A DNA stretch of 64,000 nucleotides from Candidatus Moraniibacteriota bacterium (GTDB taxonomy: Bacteria; Patescibacteriota; Minisyncoccia; Moranbacterales; UBA1568): assembly GCA_016699385.1 (NCBI GenBank), contig CP064974.1:532466-596465 (forward strand). The letters run 5' to 3'. Shown piece after piece: positions 48,349 to 55,228 of the stretch; position 1 is the stretch's first letter; each line of letters starts with the position of its first letter. The notes under the pieces are model-generated. The model was not told the DNA's origin. It did not search any database and saw nothing but the letters and a program-made list of their open reading frames with translations. The position numbers and the translations under genes were made by a program.

Positions 48349-48999
48349 TCAATTCAATTTGAGTACGTCAATTACCTTCCCATTCAAGACAAAATTGTCA
48401 TCTTCAGTGAGAAATATCGCCTTGTGTTGTGAATCGGTCGATTCGGGGAGAAGAACAATATTCTTTCCATCAACTGTCCGAAATGTTTTGACTGTCGCCA
48501 ATCCGTCAATCACGACGAGCACCCTATCCCCCGTCTTGTATTCCTTTGTATCGCCGTTGACCAAGACAAAGTCACCATCTTCAATTGTCTTCCCTTCTAT
48601 TTGTGCTTTGTTCATACTTGTCCCCGATATCTGTACCGCAAAAACATTTTTGCTACTCTTCACAATCTTGCGTGACACCTTGAGATACCCTTCGACATAT
48701 TCATCCGCAAAGGAAAGTGCCATTCCTGCATTCGCTGTTCCGAGTATGGGAATATTTACAAACATATTTCCGGTGAGTTCCTTGAGCTTTATACCGCGAT
48801 CCTCATGCGTCCGCTCGATATATCCCTTATCCTCAAGTTCATTGAGATAGACGAAAAAACTTCGCAAACTTTTGAGACGAAGTCCCTGGCGACCCGACTC
48901 TTCTTGAAGCTCGCGCACGGTTGGCATCTTCCCTCTTTCGGAGAAAAACTGTCGAATCGCTTGCAAAACTATTTTCTGCTTCGGCGTGAGAATATTCAT
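48349..48999 (-). CDS. lexA: LexA repressor (S24 peptidase)
   Basis: N-terminal winged HTH, ISGTSM (catalytic Ser), and the Lys-containing VKTFRTVDG C-terminal domain. A TATAAT -10 sits at 49017-49022. Confidence 0.85.
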   Translation of the reverse strand: MNILTPKQKIVLQAIRQFFSERGKMPTVRELQEESGRQGLRLKSLRSFFVYLNELEDKGYIERTHEDRGIKLKELTGNMFVNIPILGTANAGMALSFADEYVEGYLKVSRKIVKSSKNVFAVQISGTSMNKAQIEGKTIEDGDFVLVNGDTKEYKTGDRVLVVIDGLATVKTFRTVDGKNIVLLPESTDSQHKAIFLTEDDNFVLNGKVIDVLKLN

Positions 49000-49139
49000 A
49001 CACTTTGTGTTTACTTATTATACATATACAAGTATACTCTCAAAAAGAATCCGGTCAAATAACGCCTCTATGAAGCATAAATGATAAACCAGTCCTCAGT
49101 ACACTTTCCGAAAACAGAACAGATTTTGAGATAGACTCA

Positions 49140-49173
49140 AAGCAAAACCCTCCTTGAATCTCCAAGGAGGGTT
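49140..49173 (-). terminator. intrinsic terminator (bidirectional hairpin) after the Fn3 surface protein gene
   Basis: CCCUCCUUG-6nt-CAAGGAGGG 9-bp stem followed by a U-rich tract on the minus sense. Confidence 0.5.
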
Positions 49174-49203
49174 TGCGATTTCGGCTTTCCGAAGAAGTAG
49201 AGG

Positions 49204-51387
49204 CTACTGCCAACTACTCATCATGATACCGATATCCCTCGTATTCACAACACCGTCACTATTCACATCCGACGGATTATTCGTCACACTCTGGAGCCAG
49301 ACAGACACCAGGGCAGTGAAGTCCGAGAGAGAATACGTTTTGGCAAGCGTCTTCACAGATACACCACTCGTCTGCGCTGATGAATTGCCATCGGCATCAT
49401 AGGCAAGCACCGTGTATGAGTAGCTTGTATTCTGCGTGAGACCCGTGTCGGAATACGTCGTACCTGTCGTCACATCCGCAATCTGTGTTCCATTACGGAA
49501 GACCTTATAGCCCGTCACTGCGATATTGTCAGTCGAAGCAGTCCAGGAGAGATCAATAGCCGTCATGGAAACAGCTGTACCAGAGAGTCCAGTTGGAACA
49601 GAAGGTGCACTCGTATCACTGAGCGTCGTCACTGAGACAGGAGCTGTCTGTGCCGATGGATTCCCTGCGGCATCATAGGCAAGCACACTGTAAGAATACG
49701 CGGTTGATTTCGTCAGACCCGTATCAGAGTAGGACACCGCAGAGGTCGTCCCAACCTGTACTCCGTCACGGAACACTCGATAGCCAGCTACACCAACATT
49801 GTCAGTCGAAGCAGTCCATGAGAGATCGACAGTCGTCATAGACGTCGCTGTGCCAGAGAGTCCCGTTGGGACAGAGGGGGCAGATGTGTCGGAATTGGTC
49901 GCCGACGAAACAGCTGATGATTGAGACGATTCATTTTCTCGTGCATCAAGCGCCGTCACTCGGTATCGATAGGTTGTACTCGTAGTCAAACCTGTATCAT
50001 TGTAGGTGGTCCCGCTTGGCGTTCCTATTTGGGTATAGTTCGAACAACCCGATCCGGTACAACGGTAGACCTTGTATCCTGTCACCGCAATATTGTCAGT
50101 CGAAGCGGTCCAAGAAAGATTAATCTGGGAAATAGATACTGCTGTTGCGGAAACTCCCGTTGGCGTGGTCGGCGCCACTGTGTCTTGCCCGGTCGTTGCC
50201 GACACCTGTGTCCCTTGTGCCGAAGCATTTCCTGCCGCATCAACCGCCACAATGCGATACCGATACGTCGTCTCAGCAGTCAATCCCGTATCGCCATAGG
50301 TCGTCCCGCTTGGCGTCCCTATTTGGGTATAATTCGAACAGCTCGCTCCAGTACAACGGTAGACCTGATACTCCGTCACAGCAACATCATCTGTCGATGC
50401 CGTCCAAGCAAGATCCACTTTATCCATGCCGTTTGCTATCGCTGAGAGATCCGTAGGAACAGAGGGTGCCGTTGTATCAGCCAGTGTCGTCGCTGAAACC
50501 TGGCTCGATTGAGCCGACTCAACCCCACTCCCATTCACGCCACTCACGCGATAAGCATAGGCGGTAAGAGGAGCGAGTCCGGTATCTGTATACGATGGCG
50601 TCGCGCTCGTTCCAACTTGCGTGCCATTTCGATAGATTTTATAACTCACAATCGTTGAATTCGCCGAGGCCGCCGTCCAGGTGAGACCAACAGTTGTCGC
50701 AGTCTTCATCGGCGCGGCAAGTCCTGCAGGAACTTCGAGAGATGCTGTCACAGTGGTATTCGTCACACTATTCAAAATATCTGTTCCAAGCTTATCATCA
50801 AAAATGACGTCCGAATCGGTATAATTCCCATAGGCAACATACTGAATGGTGATGTTTGCCGAAGAAGGAACAATTGGCTGCAATGCACGGAATTGAAGCG
50901 TCGCAATCTTTCCTGATGCCGTATTCACCCCTGGCGTTGGCTTTGCAAGTGTAATAATTGCCTTGCCATTTGCCGCATCCTGCACGACAATCTCACACGG
51001 CTTGCTATTGTAGACACACGTATTCCCCGAAGAAAACGCGGAGGTCGACGTATCTATGTTGAGAAGCGAGAAATTTGCCGGGTTATACTCCACTACCGCC
51101 TTTACTGCCACCACATTATTGTTGTGCGTATCAACACTCATATCCACATTGAACGGCGTCCCTACGGTCGCCGAAGTCGATGATGGAGACAAGTGCAAAT
51201 CCGCCACTTCCCCCGATGTCTTTGCTGCGATAAACCACACAAGCACAATGAGTGCAACCGCCAGGAACACAATCGTAAACACGGTCATGCGATGCTCCGG
51301 TGCAGAGAGAAAACGAAAAAACCGGGAGAGCACACCTGCTCTTCCTGGCGAAACGCCACCTCCTTGCCCATAGGAAACTTCATCCAT
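49204..51387 (-). CDS. surface protein: cohesin-like domain, 5 fibronectin type III repeats, C-terminal dockerin-like repeat
   Basis: N-terminal TM/signal. Cohesin-like block VVAVKAVVEYNPANFSLLNID...GKIATLQFRAL. Five repeats of about 90 aa, each WTASTDN..Y.V(Y/F)R...Y.DTGLT..T.Y.Y.V.A.D..GN.S. C-terminal SDVNSDGVVNTRDIGIMMSSW (D-x-N-x-D-G-x-V-N dockerin repeat). Confidence 0.75.
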   Translation of the reverse strand: MDEVSYGQGGGVSPGRAGVLSRFFRFLSAPEHRMTVFTIVFLAVALIVLVWFIAAKTSGEVADLHLSPSSTSATVGTPFNVDMSVDTHNNNVVAVKAVVEYNPANFSLLNIDTSTSAFSSGNTCVYNSKPCEIVVQDAANGKAIITLAKPTPGVNTASGKIATLQFRALQPIVPSSANITIQYVAYGNYTDSDVIFDDKLGTDILNSVTNTTVTASLEVPAGLAAPMKTATTVGLTWTAASANSTIVSYKIYRNGTQVGTSATPSYTDTGLAPLTAYAYRVSGVNGSGVESAQSSQVSATTLADTTAPSVPTDLSAIANGMDKVDLAWTASTDDVAVTEYQVYRCTGASCSNYTQIGTPSGTTYGDTGLTAETTYRYRIVAVDAAGNASAQGTQVSATTGQDTVAPTTPTGVSATAVSISQINLSWTASTDNIAVTGYKVYRCTGSGCSNYTQIGTPSGTTYNDTGLTTSTTYRYRVTALDARENESSQSSAVSSATNSDTSAPSVPTGLSGTATSMTTVDLSWTASTDNVGVAGYRVFRDGVQVGTTSAVSYSDTGLTKSTAYSYSVLAYDAAGNPSAQTAPVSVTTLSDTSAPSVPTGLSGTAVSMTAIDLSWTASTDNIAVTGYKVFRNGTQIADVTTGTTYSDTGLTQNTSYSYTVLAYDADGNSSAQTSGVSVKTLAKTYSLSDFTALVSVWLQSVTNNPSDVNSDGVVNTRDIGIMMSSWQ
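49400..50710. repeat. nucleotide-level tandem repeats (~270 nt) encoding Fn3 modules
   Basis: attgtcagtcgaagcagtcca recurs at about 49531, 49798 and 50089. cgcttggcgt(c/t)cctatttgggtata(g/a)ttcgaaca recurs at about 50010 and 50300. The blocks are near-identical. Confidence 0.8.
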
Positions 51388-51515
51388 AAGACACTTTTAA
51401 TATTATTATTCCTACTTGTTTTAAAAATATTTGCCTCTTCGACAGGAGACATCCACAGTCAGTATACCATATCGAGAGATATCAGAAAATCATTGTCAAC
51501 CCCCGAACAATAATG

Positions 51516-51878
51516 CTAGCGTGATCGATCAAGATACTGCATGAGTTCAATCAAGAGGTACCCTATAAATACGTATACAAAAAGCGCCAGAAGCGTCGAA
51601 AAATCAAATACGAACCCAACCACGTGCCCGCTCCGAAACACATCCGCAAACGGTGCAAGAAGCGGCGCGCTCGTCTCAGAAACAAATCGCACAAACGACG
51701 CCTCCGGATTCGCCCCAAAGAGCCGCAGGATAAAATGCATCCCGAGAAAAAATTCTATCGCGCCAAGCAACAACATGAGGAAGCTTTTAACAATACCCGG
51801 GAGAGACATAGGTACAGAAGTTTGAATTATTCTTTCTACAAATATACCACAAAACACCGCATTCCCTTGTATCGACAC
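51516..51878 (-). CDS. YggT family membrane protein
   Basis: FILRLFGANPEASFVRFVSETSAPLLAPFADVF fits the YggT/Ycf19 consensus. Two TM helices. Confidence 0.7.
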   Translation of the reverse strand: MSIQGNAVFCGIFVERIIQTSVPMSLPGIVKSFLMLLLGAIEFFLGMHFILRLFGANPEASFVRFVSETSAPLLAPFADVFRSGHVVGFVFDFSTLLALFVYVFIGYLLIELMQYLDRSR

Positions 51879-51939
51879 ATCGCTTCTTCCAGAGCCCGGT
51901 CAGAGCACCTTCGTGGAGAAAAAGTAAGTGTCTCTAGAA

Positions 51940-51981
51940 TAGAAATGAAAAGGCTGGAAAATACTCAAAAGTATCCCCAGC
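51940..51981 (-). terminator. putative intrinsic terminator closing the RT-containing transcription unit
   Basis: Minus-sense GGCUGGGGAUACU-loop-AGUAUUUUCCAGCC compound hairpin followed by UUUUCAUUUCU, about 90 nt downstream of the 52070 stop. Confidence 0.45.
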
Positions 51982-52069
51982 CTTGTTGTTTTGGCACCCA
52001 CTTATTCAAGTGGCCGTTTTAGGCAATTCCCAGATATGCGCGCGTTTTTCGCGAGCATGTCTTTTTGAA

Positions 52070-52537
52070 TCAGTCATAGCTCGCCCAAAATACCTTACAG
52101 CGATACTCCCATTCCTCCTGATCGCAGTGAATCTCTTCGGCTGTCATGCCCTGTTCTCTTACTCGAAATACGAGCTCTTTCTTCGTAGAGTTCCGCGCCA
52201 TATCGCCATAGAATTCATACACCAATGCTCGCATCTCTTCGATAAAGCCCTCCGGAAGAGGGATACAGCGTTCCGCTTCGTGGGTAATCTTCCGAAGAAG
52301 AGTGAAGCGATACATATTGTTCACGTTGAGTTCCTTCTTCAAATCCGCTTTACCCACCAAGTCGTATTTGCGAAGGAGGTCATCAAACGATTCAGAGAAA
52401 TCTTTGCTCCTTGGTTCCTCCCTGCCTTTAGAAGAAAATAAGAGGCAAACAAGAATCATAACTCCCAGAACGACTCCTGTACTAAAAAGGGTAAGTACGC
52501 CTGATACCATACCTGCTGTCAAAGAACTTTCATTCAT
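52070..52537 (-). CDS. small single-TM protein, candidate retron effector
   Basis: ATG at 52537 with SD ggaggt at 8-nt spacing; the ORF-track start at 52546 is a TTG. TM GVLTLFSTGVVLGVMILVCLLF, then a cytoplasmic domain of about 110 aa. The next gene on the same strand after the RT, 124 nt downstream. Confidence 0.5.
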   Translation of the reverse strand: MNESSLTAGMVSGVLTLFSTGVVLGVMILVCLLFSSKGREEPRSKDFSESFDDLLRKYDLVGKADLKKELNVNNMYRFTLLRKITHEAERCIPLPEGFIEEMRALVYEFYGDMARNSTKKELVFRVREQGMTAEEIHCDQEEWEYRCKVFWASYD

Positions 52538-52669
52538 GATGACCAACCTCCATATACGTTGCGATCCTCTTCTTTATGGTCTTTCCAAAAGAGCCTGTCA
52601 AGCTTGCCGTATTTCTTCCAAAGCCCTGACACAGTACCTTCGTGGAGAAGGAAGTCAAATGTCCATTTG

Positions 52670-53560
52670 CTAAAGAAATCTCTCCATGGTCACATTGTAA
52701 AAATTTTCCAACATCAGACCAGCCTCCCTATTGATGCTTTTTACAAAGCTAACCTTCCCTTGTACGCTAAGACGGTGTTCTGGCACAAAGTAACACAAGC
52801 CTTCCTCGATTTCACATTTTACGCTCTCAATGAAGAAGTCACTCAAATCAATTTTATCATTTACAACCAAGCCAGTAACATGTTGCGTTTCTGTACGATG
52901 AGCGATATGTTTCTTCTCCATGTTGAGCAAAAACCCTTCATGCCGAATAATTCCATCAACCATCCCTTTTCGGTAAGCACCTTCCACTTCCCTTCCGCCA
53001 GAAATAGTTATATCATCGAAGAAACGTGTATACCCAGCATTGATCCCCTTGCAAAGATCCCACAGTTTTGTGTCCAAATCCAACGCAACTACATTCGAAA
53101 GAAAGGGGCTAGTAGGCGCCCCTTGCGGAAGCTGATTTTCATATGTAGCTATTCTGACAATCCAACCCAGAGACTTCTGCGAGATATTAAGCCTTCTTCT
53201 TAAAGCTTTCAGCACTCTTGTGTTATGAATACTGGGGAAAAAGTCTTTTATGTCATAATTCAAAACAAACTCTTTGCCAACATGGGGCTTGGCATTTGTA
53301 ACAATTGAACGTCTGTCAACACCACCGTGAACGCACGGTAACAAAGAAATGCTTTTCTTCAGAAAAGTAAGAATTTTCTTTTGCAACAACCGCAAGTCTT
53401 TTCTTGGAATATTCAAAATCCTCTCGCTCATCCCTCCACTGCTTTTTTTCTTTGGAATTTTAATCTCGATATATAACCGTTTAATATTCGAGTAGAAAAA
53501 ACTTGCTTGTTTTTCGTCCAAGCCTAAGTTAAGCAAAAATTGTCTGTGTTCCGGATACAT
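52670..53560 (-). CDS. retron-type reverse transcriptase
   Basis: 296 aa. Block similarity to the Ec86 RT: IPKKKSSGGMSERILNIP (motif 0), NAKPHVGKEFVLNYDIKDFFPSI vs Ec86 NATPHIGANFILNIDLEDFFPSL, LPQGAPTSPFLSNV (motif 4), YTRFFDDITIS (YxDD-type, here FFDD), and TQHVTGLVVN (the retron VTG motif). No maturase/X or endonuclease domain. Confidence 0.85.
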   Translation of the reverse strand: MYPEHRQFLLNLGLDEKQASFFYSNIKRLYIEIKIPKKKSSGGMSERILNIPRKDLRLLQKKILTFLKKSISLLPCVHGGVDRRSIVTNAKPHVGKEFVLNYDIKDFFPSIHNTRVLKALRRRLNISQKSLGWIVRIATYENQLPQGAPTSPFLSNVVALDLDTKLWDLCKGINAGYTRFFDDITISGGREVEGAYRKGMVDGIIRHEGFLLNMEKKHIAHRTETQHVTGLVVNDKIDLSDFFIESVKCEIEEGLCYFVPEHRLSVQGKVSFVKSINREAGLMLENFYNVTMERFL

Positions 53561-53756
53561 GCGTTAAAAAGAAAACTGTCGCACAAGCAACAGTTTTAAG
53601 ATAGTAGGAAAATAAGTTCCGCAGAAACTCAAAAAGAGTTCTAACCTCCTGAACAATGTCTTTCAAAGACACCTGAAATGAGAATCGACACTTTCTTTCT
53701 TTGCTTTTCCTTGTAACTTTTGTGTACGTTTCTATTTCCGTTTTCAGTGTTGCCAT
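53529..53756 (-). CDS. small ORF (75 aa) with perfect 14-nt Shine-Dalgarno, upstream of and overlapping RT start
   Basis: ATG at 53756, preceded at 2-nt spacing by CUAGAAAGGAGGUG, which is fully complementary to the 16S 3' tail CACCUCCUUUCUAG. Encodes MATLKTEIETYTKVTRKSKERKCRF... It may instead be non-coding msr/msd sequence. Confidence 0.35.
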   Translation of the reverse strand: MATLKTEIETYTKVTRKSKERKCRFSFQVSLKDIVQEVRTLFEFLRNLFSYYLKTVACATVFFLTHVSGTQTIFA

Positions 53757-53810
53757 ACGCCACCTCCTTTCTAGTAAAATGCGGCGCGGAACTAAACCTA
53801 AACTTCTATC
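53600..53810 (-). ncRNA. candidate retron msr-msd region (tentative a1/a2 inverted repeats)
   Basis: Minus-sense a1 at 53810-53786 (GAUAGAAGUUUAGGUUUAGUUCCGC, followed by G) and a2 at 53622-53600 (GCGGAACUUAUUUUCCUACUAUC) can pair over 8+4+5 bp about 165 nt apart. Internal small hairpins are present. An AU stem plus U-tract (53572-53597) sits just before the RT ATG. The statistical support is weak. Confidence 0.25.
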
Positions 53811-53927
53811 AGGAGGAGAAATATACTCTTTCATCTTTAAAATCCGCAACCAACATTCTCTCAAAAAAAGAAAACTGGAATATTTTTAGATTTCAGACTA
53901 AAAATAAGTATACACCCATCAAGAAGG

Positions 53928-53955
53928 AAAAAAGGGGTTATCTTTAAAACAACCC
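53928..53955 (-). terminator. intrinsic terminator about 150 nt downstream of 16S rRNA
   Basis: Minus-sense GGGUUGUUU-UAA-AGAUAACCC stem followed by CUUUUUU. Confidence 0.5.
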
Positions 53956-53971
53956 ATAGAAAGGAGAAAGG

Positions 53972-54004
53972 TTGCTTTTGCAATCCTCTGCGGTCAATCC
54001 AACG
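53972..54004 (-). promoter_or_regulatory. 16S trailer half of leader-trailer processing stem (RNase III-type)
   Basis: Trailer UUGGAUUGACCGCAGAGGAUUGCAA pairs with leader UUGCAAUUUUUUGCGGUCAAUCCAA (plus 56666-56692): 14 bp, a 4-nt internal loop, then 7 bp. Confidence 0.6.
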
Positions 54005-54241
54005 TCTCAAGATGCTTTGGTATCTCTTTGGCGAACCAAAGAAATAACGACCATATGTGTGTCATTGTCTGTCTTGCGACAAACAACTTGTTCACCATTA
54101 CTCCCTAGAAAGGAGGTGATTCATCCACAGCTTCCGCTACGGATGCCTTGTTACGACTTCACCCTTATTACCAACCCCACCGTCGTCCCCGATATAAAAC
54201 GGGGCCTTCTGGTATTGCCGGCTCTCTTGGTGTGACGGGCG

Positions 54242-55123
54242 ATTATCTTCGTAAAACTCCGAATTGATGTTCCCATCGTGCCTGCGGATTTCCCGCACAC
54301 GACGAGCTCTAATGCATCGTTTGCTTAAGTGCGTAGATACTACGCAATCCTTCATCTGTGAAATGGAGATTCTTGCGAATCATTTCGAAGATGACACAAA
54401 ACGTTTCAAAGTCACTTTTCTTTGAGCGTAACCTCAAAGCATTTCTTTTGAAGAATGGAATAATAACACGTTCCAGATGTTCTCTATTGGACACTTCATA
54501 GCGATAACATTGCTGATGATTGGCACGTCTATCTTTTTGAAAATACACATTGCCACATCCGAAATAGTCTTTCAGTTCATCGAGGACTTCTTTGTCTCGC
54601 TCGATCAACTTGAGAAAAAATCTCGGCTCAACTTTCGTCCGTCGCTTGACGCGCTTGTCCGAATCGGGATTTTTCACATATACTGTGAAGCTTCCCTCTC
54701 CATCCACAAGACCAACGATATATTCTGGTGTTATCTTTTCCATATGCATTGGAGTGAACCCTTCGTCCTGATAGAGATACCAGAAGTTACTATGATTCAG
54801 CTGACTTCTTACGCCGCGTAAGTTCCATTATTCAATGCTATTGTGATACAACATTGAAACAGCGTAAGATCTCCCGGGGTCATATATCTTTCTCTTCCTG
54901 ACATTCTGAAAACGCTTTGTATTGTATCTTCCCTCTGCTCACCACCTATCCAAAGGTCGATACCGTTTTCCGCCTTTCGACGGATAATCAGACTGCCATT
55001 TGCTTCCGAATCCTTCGCCATTTCCCTCGCGAGAAACGACTATTCTTCAGCTACGCCCCAGTTGACGAATCGGGGGGAGAGATTTGAACTCTCTAGAAAT
55101 ATATACTGCCCGGCGCTTTTATT
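54242..55123 (-). mobile_element. intron in 16S rRNA (probable group I) carrying LAGLIDADG homing endonuclease ORF
   Basis: Exon 1 ends CTTGTACTCAC (plus 55124-55134) and exon 2 resumes CGCCCGTCACACC (plus up to 54241). Joining them restores the universal CTTGTACACACCGCCCGTCACACC with a single A to T difference. The intron is 882 nt. Confidence 0.7.
54309..54749 (-). CDS. LAGLIDADG homing endonuclease (intron-encoded)
   Basis: YIVGLVDGEGSF is the LAGLIDADG motif. 146 aa, single-motif type, entirely inside the 16S intron. Confidence 0.85.
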   Translation of the reverse strand: MHMEKITPEYIVGLVDGEGSFTVYVKNPDSDKRVKRRTKVEPRFFLKLIERDKEVLDELKDYFGCGNVYFQKDRRANHQQCYRYEVSNREHLERVIIPFFKRNALRLRSKKSDFETFCVIFEMIRKNLHFTDEGLRSIYALKQTMH

Positions 55124-55189
55124 GTGAGTACAAGATCCGAGAACGTATTCACCGTGACTTGGCTGATTCACGATTACTAGTGATTCCGG

Positions 55190-55228
<39 letters not shown>

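Noticed and set aside
49000-49060. LexA operator palindrome upstream of lexA
   Set aside because: Only weak symmetry (AGTATACT; TACTT-N13-AAGTA) overlaps the promoter. It does not match the known CTGT-N8-ACAG, GAAC-N4-GTTC or GTTC-N7-GTTC families. It is not reportable as a site without genome-wide motif support.
52670-53560. RT as part of a diversity-generating retroelement (DGRs are common in CPR), with the A-rich upstream region as template repeat. Alternatively, RT as a group II intron maturase.
   Set aside because: DGR RTs carry IGNLTSQ-type motif 4 and FFASID-type motif 2. This protein has the retron/group II-type QGAPTSP and DFFPSI motifs plus the retron-specific VTG block. No variable-repeat copy of the upstream region was found by eye nearby. 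There is no X/maturase or En domain, and no intron RNA domain V-like hairpin was seen, so it is not group II. The DGR possibility is not fully excludable without a repeat search.
53560-54108. tRNA genes (Ile/Ala) or a 23S rRNA expected downstream of the 16S gene
   Set aside because: No cloverleaf-compatible sequence was seen: no GTTCGA/TTCGAAT T-loop context with a matching acceptor stem. The region instead contains tetraloop hairpins, the processing-stem trailer, a terminator, and then the RT module. A tRNAscan run would settle this.
53757-54118. A 14-nt perfect inverted repeat between the 16S 3' tail (plus 54105-54118, ctagaaaggaggtg) and plus 53761-53774 (cacctcctttctag). I considered it as retron a1/a2 flanking a ~330-nt ncRNA co-transcribed with the 16S rRNA.
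   Set aside because: The downstream copy is simply an extended Shine-Dalgarno, which is by definition complementary to the anti-SD. A near-identical SD precedes the unrelated gene at 13579. A terminator hairpin (53928-53955) lies between the two copies. Kept only as an SD observation.
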